Below are positions 1 through 8,863 of a stretch of DNA of 64,000 nucleotides, piece after piece. Below the pieces are notes generated by a model. The model did not search any database, had not been told where the DNA came from, and was given only the letters and a program-made list of their open reading frames with translations. Numbering within the stretch: position 1 is the first letter of the stretch; every line of letters begins with the position of its first letter. Source of the stretch: a virus; the IMG/VR virus record IMGVR_UViG_3300008259_000147, positions 1-64,000 of that record; one strand, given 5' to 3'. The position numbers and the translations under genes were made by a program.

Positions 1-102
1 GCCAGTACACCCTGGTTTAGTGATAGGAGTGCATTTACCTGCTGTACCTCTCTTCTTTATAGAGGCAGTAGCTTTCTGTATCCACTTCTTATCCTTAGCC
101 AT
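1..102 (-). CDS. Small basic protein, 3' end outside window (MAKDKKWIQKATASIKKRGTAGKCTPITKPGCTG...)
   Basis: Translated by hand; not in the ORF track. ATG at 102, open to the edge, Lys/Arg-rich, preceded by TATATTATA. Confidence 0.8.
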   Translation of the reverse strand, partial: MAKDKKWIQKATASIKKRGTAGKCTPITKPGCTG

Positions 103-104
103 AT

Positions 105-113
105 TATAATATA
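105..113 (-). promoter_or_regulatory. Putative phage late-promoter motif TATATTATA, 2 nt before ATG
   Basis: Identical 9-mer at the same spacing at 2016-2024; 1-mismatch copy at 53775-53783. Confidence 0.5.
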
Positions 114-119
114 ATGAAA

Positions 120-491
120 TTAATTGTAATGACCATTATTATACCACCTTCTTAGTGTAAGATATTCGCAGCTGTCTAGACCTAATCCTAATGTGTCTAC
201 ACCTAAACTATCTAATGCTACAGGAGGCATTGTTTTTTGGATAAATACTTTCTTATTAAATGTACCACTAATGCAAGTAGCATTTAATTGATCATAATTA
301 TAGAAGTTCCCATTTGGTGAACCTGTGCCATGACAACCACTCCCTGTATTGCAGTGAGCAGTAATAATAGGTTTGATATCTCTCTGATAAGAAATACTAG
401 TAGGTACACAAGCAGGTGCTGCTTTCTCTACCTCAGGTGCATCACTCTTGCAGGCTGCAAAGAATAATGCAATAATTAATAGCTTTTTCAT
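120..491 (-). CDS. c-type cytochrome-like lipoprotein
   Basis: Lipoprotein signal MKKLLIIALFFAA-C; 'ISYQRDIKPIITAHCNTGSGCH' (CX5CH); distal 'MPP' and C-terminal 'L..W...G', as in Bacteroidota mono-haem cytochrome c lipoproteins. Confidence 0.7.
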   Translation of the reverse strand: MKKLLIIALFFAACKSDAPEVEKAAPACVPTSISYQRDIKPIITAHCNTGSGCHGTGSPNGNFYNYDQLNATCISGTFNKKVFIQKTMPPVALDSLGVDTLGLGLDSCEYLTLRRWYNNGHYN

Positions 492-495
492 GATG

Positions 496-503
496 CTAAT
501 ATA
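496..503 (-). promoter_or_regulatory. Possible Bacteroidota-type -7 promoter element (TATATTAG vs consensus TAnnTTTG)
   Basis: One mismatch to consensus, 4 nt upstream of the cytochrome ATG in a 21-nt gap; could equally be a variant of the phage motif. Confidence 0.3.
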
Positions 504-512
504 AAAATAATT

Positions 513-767
513 TTAACATTTCCACTTCCTCAAAGACTTGTTAATCCTTGAGTTAGGATCTCTTGCAGTTTTTGCAGAGGTAAGTTTAGCTTTCATACCT
601 TTCATCCTAGCACAGAATGATTTCTTTCTAGGACCACCTTCTGGTTGTGGAGCTTTCAACCCTGGTTTCCCAGGGTTAGCTCTATTGTATGAAGCTCTGC
701 CTTTAGCATTAAGTCCACCTGATGCAGACTTACCCTCTTTTCTTTGCCAAGCTGGTGATTTTGCCAT
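513..767 (-). CDS. Small basic phage protein (DUF6321-like)
   Basis: 84 aa, very basic; 'GGLNAKGRASYN...RKKSFCARM...SLRKWKC' pattern recurrent in aquatic phages. Confidence 0.75.
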   Translation of the reverse strand: MAKSPAWQRKEGKSASGGLNAKGRASYNRANPGKPGLKAPQPEGGPRKKSFCARMKGMKAKLTSAKTARDPNSRINKSLRKWKC

Positions 768-782
768 ATTGTAAATTTTTAA

Positions 783-1580
783 TTATCCTATTACCCAGTT
801 TGAACCATCTGAAAATACTGGTACTACAAAAGCTCCAGCACCACTAGCTACATTTCCAAAATTACCAACTGCTGGTGAAGGAGAGTCATTAATCATTGCT
901 CTCATACCTGCACTACTTGGAGCAGCTGGTAACATACTATAATTTACAAGTGGAAATGCAATTGTTCCATTATTTGGATTAAATATCCAAGAAATACCAC
1001 TTCCAATAAATATACTACCTTCAATATTATCTACACTAGCACCACCTTGTATATAAACTATACCACCTGTACTAGCAGTTTGTGTAGTATATCCTCCTCT
1101 AATGGTTACATCCCCTCCAAATGCTTGAGTTCCAGATGTACTAGTACCTGCATCTCCTGCATATACTCTTACATTACCACCATCTCCTGCATTAGCTATT
1201 CCATCACTACTAGAACCATCTCCTGCATAGAAATAAGCATTACCACCAGTGTTTTCATCGTTTAGAAGTTTATCACCAGCTTGTATTGTAGCTCTATCTG
1301 TAGCATTAATAAGGATATCATCTCCATTAATAGGATCTGTAGCAATTGTTAAATCACCTGTATTTAAAAGAAGAAGACCTGTATCATTTAATACAAGTTC
1401 TCTAGTTCCAGCAGATAATTTACTTCCTGAACTATAAGTCTTTGCTGTCTTAGCAGCTTGTTTAAATTGTTTAGATGTAGGTGCCCCTTTAGCCCCTACT
1501 TTTCTCATTTTCTCTCCACTGCCTGCAGCTATTCTAGCTCTCTTTGCATGGATGTTTGCGTAAAGTCCTGCTTTTGCCAT
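783..1580 (-). CDS. Fusion of a small basic domain and a Gly-rich fibre-like domain
   Basis: Start better placed at MAKAGLYANIH (1580), just after the upstream stop at 1583. First ~47 aa basic, then 'GGNVRVYAGD/GGDVTIRGG' repeats and a fibre-type end 'VPVFSDGSNWVIG'. Confidence 0.7.
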   Translation of the reverse strand: MAKAGLYANIHAKRARIAAGSGEKMRKVGAKGAPTSKQFKQAAKTAKTYSSGSKLSAGTRELVLNDTGLLLLNTGDLTIATDPINGDDILINATDRATIQAGDKLLNDENTGGNAYFYAGDGSSSDGIANAGDGGNVRVYAGDAGTSTSGTQAFGGDVTIRGGYTTQTASTGGIVYIQGGASVDNIEGSIFIGSGISWIFNPNNGTIAFPLVNYSMLPAAPSSAGMRAMINDSPSPAVGNFGNVASGAGAFVVPVFSDGSNWVIG

Positions 1581-1582
1581 GG

Positions 1583-1867
1583 TTATGTACATTTTAAAGA
1601 TTGATAAATTTGTCTAAGATACGCTGGATAAATTTTAGTTTTATACCTAAGCAATACTCTCCACAGTGCTTCAGATTCTCCTAATTCACAATACTTTACA
1701 AGTTGCACATAAAGCTCTCTCATGTCTCTATACTTCCAATTGTAAAGTCCACCTCTAAGAGCTGGATTCTTTACATTATTATAAGCACCATAACCACTAC
1801 CTATATAGGGTTTGTTATTTAACTTAAGGATAGCATTCCATAATGCTTGTTTATGAGCGGGTGTCAT
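1583..1867 (-). CDS. Hypothetical protein (94 aa)
   Basis: Fills the gap in the operon; ATGA overlap with the upstream small ORF. Confidence 0.65.
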   Translation of the reverse strand: MTPAHKQALWNAILKLNNKPYIGSGYGAYNNVKNPALRGGLYNWKYRDMRELYVQLVKYCELGESEALWRVLLRYKTKIYPAYLRQIYQSLKCT

Positions 1868-2013
1868 TTTCCTTGTCTGTTATAAAGTTTCTTATAGTTC
1901 TTGCTTGTCTTCAGGCCACTGGTTTTCTTCTTAGAATGAACCCCAGGTCTTCTGACTTTAGCCTTCTTAATGAATCTTTTAACTATACTGCTGCTTGATT
2001 TAGTTTTAGCCAT
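1864..2013 (-). CDS. Small basic protein, 49 aa (MAKTKSSSSIVKRFIKKAKVRRPGVHSKKKTSGLKTSKNYKKLYNRQGK)
   Basis: Translated by hand; below the ORF-track cutoff. ATG at 2013, TGA at 1864-1866 overlapping the next ATG; preceded by TATATTATA. Confidence 0.85.
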   Translation of the reverse strand: MAKTKSSSSIVKRFIKKAKVRRPGVHSKKKTSGLKTSKNYKKLYNRQGK

Positions 2014-2015
2014 AC

Positions 2016-2024
2016 TATAATATA
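2016..2024 (-). promoter_or_regulatory. Putative phage late-promoter motif TATATTATA
   Basis: GTATATTATA-GT-ATG; same motif and spacing as 105-113. Confidence 0.5.
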
Positions 2025-2048
2025 CTAAGATTTTAGGTAAGTATCAAG

Positions 2049-5000
2049 TTATTTCTTTTTCTGATACATTGTTTTAAGTGCTGGTACTGGATCTATAAAG
2101 TCTTGGATATTTTCAAAACCAGTTAATTTATAGAATTGAGCCAATACTTTTGGAGTACCTTTAGGAAACCTAAATGTTTTCTTTTTGTAATATCCTTGCT
2201 CAAATGCATATTCTGAATCAAAACCTTCATAAGCAATGAGATATACTAAATTCTCAAATCCATCTTTAATTTGAATACCTTCATTAAATACTGAAGTAAA
2301 TGTACTAAAGTTCTTTATAAAGTCTTCTCCTTTTCCTATAAATGGAGCATATAACATTGATCTAGATTCATTTGACACCTTAGCTAATACCCTTAAAGCT
2401 TGGCCTTCAGCCCAACTCAATTTTTTAACCTTATCCTTATCATCATCATCATAAACAAGACCTCTACATAATATAAAAACTATTGTCCAAATAAATCCAT
2501 TCATGATTTCTCTTCTTGCTTGAGCAGCTTTGATACGATAGAATTCATTAGTTTCAAGTTTACCTGTCTTTTCAGCAATTATTTCAGGAAGTAGTGAAAG
2601 GAAGCCTTGGCCATAACCTAACTTAAAAAATATATCAGCAACTGCTGTCCACCACCCTCTTTGAACCTGACCACTATTCCAGTTTTTAGGATCACCCATT
2701 CCAAATGAACCTTTAAATCTATTCTCTGCAAATGGAACTAAGTACTTTCTGAAGAAGAAAGCTAATGTACCAATCATACCACTTTCAAACTGGGTTTGAT
2801 TTTGTTTAGCATAGTTACCTTGATGTTGCAAGTATTCCATTCTAGTTTTAGATCTTATAGATTCTAAATCATCAATAGTCATGGCAACATCACTTCTTAT
2901 ACCAGGTATCATTGTACCATTATCTATAAGTGCATCATAAGCACTAATTTGCAATAAGTCTCCATTAGAATCCTTTTTAAACATTGGATTATTAGAAGCA
3001 TCTAATTTTAAAGAGCCATCTGGATTTGTTTCATAAACATTATACTTATGAGCAATTAAATTCTTTAATAAAGTAGTTGTAGAAATTTCAACCTCACCCT
3101 TATCCTGAATTACATATGCTAAATCTCCAATAGCCAAAGCTCTCTTAAGTAATCTTTTCTGTTTAGATTGTCCTGCAAGATCAAGAAGCTTTTCTTGGGA
3201 ATTCATGGAAGTATTAAAATATCTAGATATTTTAGTTGCCATAGATACATCATCTATTTTACCCCAATCAGCAATAATATTCCACATAAATCCATCAGGG
3301 CTATACATTTGTTTTTTAGCCCAAGCCCAATCTTTATAAGTACCCATTCCATACTTTTCACCCTGAGCTGCTAAGAACATCTGAACATTACCCGAAACTA
3401 AGTTACCAAGTTGCATTGCAGGATCAAATGCTAATCTGCTATAACTAATTAGACCTGTAATTTGCTTTAATGTCTTTCTAAGTCTTAATTGATTTTTACT
3501 ATCTATGCCATCATAGTATTGGCCATACACAAATTTGTTTCTTTCGAACTCAAGCATATCAATTACTTTTTGATATTGCTTTCGAACAACTTCATCTTTA
3601 ATTAGATTCATAGATGATTTTAAAAAGTCAACAGATGGAGATAACAACAAGTTAGCTTCTTCCATTGCATCATAGATTTCATATTCTAATCCCCATTTTA
3701 ATATGGCATTGATACCATCTTTAGTTCCTAAACTAGTATCTAATCTGTAATTGTGACTAAATCTAACTCTTTGTTTACCTGAAATACCATATTCATTAGT
3801 TGCTTTTTCAAGTTCAGAACTATTGGCCAAGATGTGTTTGTTAACCCATTCTCTACCTTCTCTTATTGCACCTTCTAATCCATCTTGAGCAATTGTATCA
3901 ACAGCATGTTGTGTAACACCAGGAAAGAAAAATTCTAATTTATTGGCCGACATCCCAACTTGCTTGTTATAGAATTCATCCATAACATATTTGTTATAGA
4001 ATTCAGCAAGTTCTTTATCTTGCATCATTCTCATATATCTAGGATTTACCCACATCGCATCAGATGTCATCTCAAATCTACCTATATCAGCATTATATCT
4101 ATGTCCTTTAGGCATTGCATAATTCCCAGGGCCATATCTTTTTCTTTTGAGGGAAGGGGTATAGTTTGGATTATATGCTTCAGGTTTTAAAGATCTAGTT
4201 CTGTATTTAGAATTAGGTATTCTAATTAATAAACTAGGATTTGTTGGCATAGCCATTGTATTAAATCTTCTAGGTGCTGTTGCAACCTTGCCATTCTTTA
4301 CAATTGTACCTAGTGTATATTTTGAAGTATTATTTCTGTTATACCATTTTTGAAATGCTATATCTTTTATGTTTAGTTGTGCTTGTAACTTAGCTTTTTC
4401 TGCAACATCTGTAGTTTCACCTATTTGTTTATTTATTCTAATGATTTCACTCATGCGTTCATTCAACTCTTTCATATACTCAGGTCTATTTTGAGTTTGA
4501 CGCATTGAATCTAATTCTTTATCAATCTGATTTATTCTTTTTCTTGCAGCTTCACTTGGTTTAACACCTGTAGCTGATGAGTAAATCTCATCTATTGCTT
4601 CTTCTATTTGAGAAAACTGTTCATAATCTTCATCAGACATATACAAAGGATTGAAGATAGGCTTACTACTAAATACACTATTGAATCTGTATTTGTTCAT
4701 CATCTTTCTTCTTTGCTCATATAAGTCATCTAACACTGGATCAGAACTTCCATACAATTCTCTTTTTTCTTCTTCAAGTGCTCTTAAGTCTTCAAGCCAT
4801 GTAGGATCTGCTACTAAATCTGAATTTCGTTCTAAGAATAGTTTATACTCTACACTATCTTCTGAGTAAGTTTTTAAAACTTGTCTTCTAGCATATTCAA
4901 ACTTATCTTCATTTACATGAAAGTCATAGTACATATGCATTTTTTCATATACTGCGGCTATTTCAGGATTCTCTAAGATTGCTTGTTTTTTCAATAATGA

Positions 5001-8000
5001 AATTTCAGATTCTAAATCTTTTATTTCTATCATGTCAGAATCATCAATCAACCAATCTTCATTACTATTTCTAGATTTTATAGTTTGGATTTTAATATTA
5101 ATTGCATCAATTCTATCCTGTATCTCCACAGGTAAAGAAACTTTTAACAGGTACAATTCAGGAATAGTCTCTGTCTCTAAATTATCTACTTCCCACTTAG
5201 CTTGTTCTAGTTTAAGTTTTTTAAGTTTCTCATTTATTTCTTTTAATTGAGCCTTTTTAAAATCCTCACTACCATCTGATTTTTTTATAGTGCTTCTATC
5301 CTCATATAATTTTCGTATTTCATAATCATATTGATCTTGAATTTCTCTACTTTTATAATCATAAGGTGTAAGGAAAGACATAAAATTACGAGACTCACCT
5401 TTCTCAAAATCTGTTTCTGATACCATCTCACTAATTGCAGTATTAAGTGCTTGATAACTACCATACTTACTACTGTATTTTCTAACAAAACTATCAAACT
5501 TTAATTTGGCCATTCTATCAAAAAATCTAATACTTGCATTTTGTGTAGCATTAGATGCATAATATGCCAAAGCACTAATAGCTAATTCAGAATTACCAAG
5601 AGATGCTTTTAACTCATCACCTGACATACCTAATTTAATTGTAGAACCAATATAAAAATCAGACTCTGGATTAGTAAAAGTGTTATCAATGTATAAGTCT
5701 ACAAAGTTTCTATCAAACTTTTTGTTATTTAAAAAATACTTTATTTTATCTAACTTCTTTTGAGCTTCTTCTTTCATGTCACCTGTGATGACCTGTGTTT
5801 TAGCCTTTCTACCAAACATCTTTCTAACCTTACCACCTAAATAAAAAGTAAAGTTTTGAAGTACTGTTGCATCACCTGCAATTATTCTTTCAAGCTTTTT
5901 CATTTCAGGTTCAAAAAGTAATTCCATTTGAGCCATCATTTCTTCAGCAGTTATTTTTGGTGTAGATAAAAGCACTTTCACAAATTGCTCTCTAGCCATT
6001 TCAACATAAACTCCTTGACCAATTAATGCTGAGTCAATTGATTTATTAATCTCTGACATGATATCAGAATCTTCTGTTACATCAGAATTATTAATCAATA
6101 ATGTTTTAAAGAACTCTAAAAAGTTCTTCATGTCTTCTAGCTGATAATATCTATCACCTAATATGTTAATTACTTTTTCTTTTCCTGTAGAAGATGCTGC
6201 TACTTCTTCAGAGTCTTTTCTTAAGTTTGAAATTATTTCTCGCACTTTATCATAAAGACCTTTTAAAATTAATTCTTTAGGCAATTCTTTAAGTACTCCA
6301 TCTTCAATAGTTTGTCTACTAAACCAATCTCTTGCTTCTAAGAAAAGTCTTTTTCTAGCCTCTGCCTCATTTATCTTTGTTTGATCAGCATTATTCTTTT
6401 TAAGATTTGCTATTTCTGAGTTTATTTGACTTAACTGTTTATCTAAATTTTCTTTTAGATTATCAGATATAATCTTTAAAGTATCTTGAGGTATAGATGA
6501 TATGTAATTAATATTTTCTTTCACCTTAGCTTCAAGTTCTTCATCTGTTGTTTCACCAGGAACTTCAATAGATGTAGCAAGTGCTCTTAGTACTTGCTTA
6601 TACATAGGACTTAATTCAGGAAGTGGATTACCATACTCATCTAAATCTAAACTTAATCCTTGATCACCTTCAATATTTACAGCAGCCACATGCATATCTT
6701 CATATACCCACATGTCATCCATGTTTTGAAACTTTGCATTAGGTGAATAAATAATATTTATGATTTTATTATCCTTAGTGGTTATACCAATCCTCTTTAG
6801 TAATCTTTCATATACTCCAATCTGAGATAAGAAAATACTTGCTTTACTTCTTCCAGAAAATCTTTCAAATGCTGGATGAACACCATCTTCTAATGCTGTA
6901 GTATATCTTTCTTTAAAGATTGCCAAATGAGAATAGTTCTTCATTGGAAACTTAGCTCTAGTAGTCTTATAATCTCCAATAGAAGCTGTGCCATCTTTTC
7001 TAATAATTAGATAATCCAATCTACCCACGATAGCTCTACCCATTGAATCATATTCAAATATTGTAATCTCTGGAATAACTATATCACCTTTTGTAAAAGG
7101 ATCATTGATAATACCTACAATGTTTACTAAATGATCTGACAATACTTCTTCTCTAATTTTAGGTAACATTTTACTACCCTTTTCATTTAGGCCAGGAAGC
7201 TCAAGCATATCTAAATTCTTTTCATAAAAATCATGAAAATAATCAGGATTATTATTTAGTATCTGCAATGGAGTATATCCAAATTCTAAAGAATCAATAG
7301 TGATGTGATATAAAAAGTCATGAACAAATGTTCCAAAATTTGCAAACTTGTCAAATCTTTTTGCAAGTTTTTCATCATGCAGCGGACTACCTACAAACTT
7401 AGTTACAGATACTGTTTTAACATCATCTTCTATTAATTGTCTATAATCTCTAATGTTTTTTAAAAGTATTTCTACAGTAGTAACAATATTAGCTTTTGCA
7501 GGATCTTTCTTTAATTTTTTTAATAGATTTTCTAATCTCTTTATCTCATTAGCATTGTTCTCTAGCTTTTTTTCTTTTGTTGTTTTGCCTTCTTCTTTAG
7601 CTTGTTTCTCTACAGCCTCTTCTTCATTGTAATCATCTGACTTTGAAATTAAGTTAAATCTTGGTTCTATTACTTCGGCTCCTGATAAGACAATATTAGT
7701 ATCATCTAAAAATACAGCTACTTCTCCTATTGTAGAATTCAAGGGAAGTTGATCCATAGCATCTAACTGGAAACCAAATGTGTCATTTAAAAGATTCTTT
7801 AACCACTTTATAAATTGCTTAACAGATGTAGCAAAAGAACTAGCTGATGTTTCTTTTTCTTCTTGGACTCTCATATAAGAATCCTTTATAGCCCTAGTAA
7901 CTAACTCAATATCTCTAGCCTGTTGATTGAATCCTCTCTCATTAGTGTATTCACTTTCAATTTGAACAGCTAAACCAGGGTATTCTTTTAATGCCTGATT

Positions 8001-8852
8001 TCTTAATCCAATAAATAAAGTTTTTCTTTCAGTGACTAGTTTATCTACAAACAAATGCATTAATTCTTCTAATGCTATAGAAGTATTTACCTTACCTCTA
8101 ACTAAAAACACTTGGTTCTTAATTGTAACAGCATTAACTGTAACACCATTAGATATTAAAACTTTAGGATTAGCTCTAAGAATTTCTTGCATTTCATCTT
8201 CAGTAACCCAATTTACTTTAGCACCCTTAAATTTCTTTAATAGAGGGGCTATTGTATTTTGAACAACTAATTGATCAACTATATTTTTAACTTGCGCAGT
8301 TTCCATTGGAACATCAGGAGTTAAAATTTCTGTAGATCTTGATGGCTTATTGTGCAATGCTATTTTATACCTCTGTTCTCCATTAATAACCCTAGATTTA
8401 AAAGGTGTAGCTTCTAAATTAGGGTAACTCATGCTTAAACCAATTTTAAATTTACTTACCTCTTCCGAAGTAAGTTCAATAGACTGAGTAAAAGAAGCAC
8501 CAACATTGTTATCAGAAGGAATTAAATACTTATTTGTTAATTGTAGTGGAGTTAATGTAGAATCATTAGTGTAATCTGTTTGATACATTCTATTTTCAGG
8601 GTAATAGATTCCATGCAAAGCATCTATTTCACTAAACGTATTAGCAGAAAACACTACATTGTCATCAGTCATTGCAGCATAATCTACAATAGGTCTAGCA
8701 ATTCCAAATTGTTCTTTTAATCTATTCTTGAGTCTATTATCTGTTTCTTTTAAAGTATTCATATCCAATACTTTACCAGAAGCATCAATGGCTTTATCTT
8801 TTTCAAATTGATTAACTAGTGCTCTTCTAGCACCTACGCTACATATTTTCAT
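2049..8852 (-). CDS. Giant putative ejection protein 3 (2267 aa) with a degenerate zincin and a PD-(D/E)xK nuclease domain
   Basis: EELMH (~8055-8070); GTFVH...PEIT...GRLDYL...GDYKT...QIGVY (~6810-7340); C-terminal hydrophobic segment FIWTIVFILCRGLV; lies next to the RNAP gene. Confidence 0.75.
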   Translation of the reverse strand: MKICSVGARRALVNQFEKDKAIDASGKVLDMNTLKETDNRLKNRLKEQFGIARPIVDYAAMTDDNVVFSANTFSEIDALHGIYYPENRMYQTDYTNDSTLTPLQLTNKYLIPSDNNVGASFTQSIELTSEEVSKFKIGLSMSYPNLEATPFKSRVINGEQRYKIALHNKPSRSTEILTPDVPMETAQVKNIVDQLVVQNTIAPLLKKFKGAKVNWVTEDEMQEILRANPKVLISNGVTVNAVTIKNQVFLVRGKVNTSIALEELMHLFVDKLVTERKTLFIGLRNQALKEYPGLAVQIESEYTNERGFNQQARDIELVTRAIKDSYMRVQEEKETSASSFATSVKQFIKWLKNLLNDTFGFQLDAMDQLPLNSTIGEVAVFLDDTNIVLSGAEVIEPRFNLISKSDDYNEEEAVEKQAKEEGKTTKEKKLENNANEIKRLENLLKKLKKDPAKANIVTTVEILLKNIRDYRQLIEDDVKTVSVTKFVGSPLHDEKLAKRFDKFANFGTFVHDFLYHITIDSLEFGYTPLQILNNNPDYFHDFYEKNLDMLELPGLNEKGSKMLPKIREEVLSDHLVNIVGIINDPFTKGDIVIPEITIFEYDSMGRAIVGRLDYLIIRKDGTASIGDYKTTRAKFPMKNYSHLAIFKERYTTALEDGVHPAFERFSGRSKASIFLSQIGVYERLLKRIGITTKDNKIINIIYSPNAKFQNMDDMWVYEDMHVAAVNIEGDQGLSLDLDEYGNPLPELSPMYKQVLRALATSIEVPGETTDEELEAKVKENINYISSIPQDTLKIISDNLKENLDKQLSQINSEIANLKKNNADQTKINEAEARKRLFLEARDWFSRQTIEDGVLKELPKELILKGLYDKVREIISNLRKDSEEVAASSTGKEKVINILGDRYYQLEDMKNFLEFFKTLLINNSDVTEDSDIMSEINKSIDSALIGQGVYVEMAREQFVKVLLSTPKITAEEMMAQMELLFEPEMKKLERIIAGDATVLQNFTFYLGGKVRKMFGRKAKTQVITGDMKEEAQKKLDKIKYFLNNKKFDRNFVDLYIDNTFTNPESDFYIGSTIKLGMSGDELKASLGNSELAISALAYYASNATQNASIRFFDRMAKLKFDSFVRKYSSKYGSYQALNTAISEMVSETDFEKGESRNFMSFLTPYDYKSREIQDQYDYEIRKLYEDRSTIKKSDGSEDFKKAQLKEINEKLKKLKLEQAKWEVDNLETETIPELYLLKVSLPVEIQDRIDAINIKIQTIKSRNSNEDWLIDDSDMIEIKDLESEISLLKKQAILENPEIAAVYEKMHMYYDFHVNEDKFEYARRQVLKTYSEDSVEYKLFLERNSDLVADPTWLEDLRALEEEKRELYGSSDPVLDDLYEQRRKMMNKYRFNSVFSSKPIFNPLYMSDEDYEQFSQIEEAIDEIYSSATGVKPSEAARKRINQIDKELDSMRQTQNRPEYMKELNERMSEIIRINKQIGETTDVAEKAKLQAQLNIKDIAFQKWYNRNNTSKYTLGTIVKNGKVATAPRRFNTMAMPTNPSLLIRIPNSKYRTRSLKPEAYNPNYTPSLKRKRYGPGNYAMPKGHRYNADIGRFEMTSDAMWVNPRYMRMMQDKELAEFYNKYVMDEFYNKQVGMSANKLEFFFPGVTQHAVDTIAQDGLEGAIREGREWVNKHILANSSELEKATNEYGISGKQRVRFSHNYRLDTSLGTKDGINAILKWGLEYEIYDAMEEANLLLSPSVDFLKSSMNLIKDEVVRKQYQKVIDMLEFERNKFVYGQYYDGIDSKNQLRLRKTLKQITGLISYSRLAFDPAMQLGNLVSGNVQMFLAAQGEKYGMGTYKDWAWAKKQMYSPDGFMWNIIADWGKIDDVSMATKISRYFNTSMNSQEKLLDLAGQSKQKRLLKRALAIGDLAYVIQDKGEVEISTTTLLKNLIAHKYNVYETNPDGSLKLDASNNPMFKKDSNGDLLQISAYDALIDNGTMIPGIRSDVAMTIDDLESIRSKTRMEYLQHQGNYAKQNQTQFESGMIGTLAFFFRKYLVPFAENRFKGSFGMGDPKNWNSGQVQRGWWTAVADIFFKLGYGQGFLSLLPEIIAEKTGKLETNEFYRIKAAQARREIMNGFIWTIVFILCRGLVYDDDDKDKVKKLSWAEGQALRVLAKVSNESRSMLYAPFIGKGEDFIKNFSTFTSVFNEGIQIKDGFENLVYLIAYEGFDSEYAFEQGYYKKKTFRFPKGTPKVLAQFYKLTGFENIQDFIDPVPALKTMYQKKK

Positions 8853-8863
8853 TTTAGTTTATT

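Noticed and set aside
1581-1592. ORF-track start MYIT for the 269-aa gene
   Set aside because: Overlaps the upstream gene end; the ATG at 1580 gives the MAK start shared by neighbours.
6780-7420. Cas4 / CRISPR system
   Set aside because: The nuclease domain lacks Fe-S cysteines and is part of a giant protein; no repeat-spacer array or other cas genes seen.
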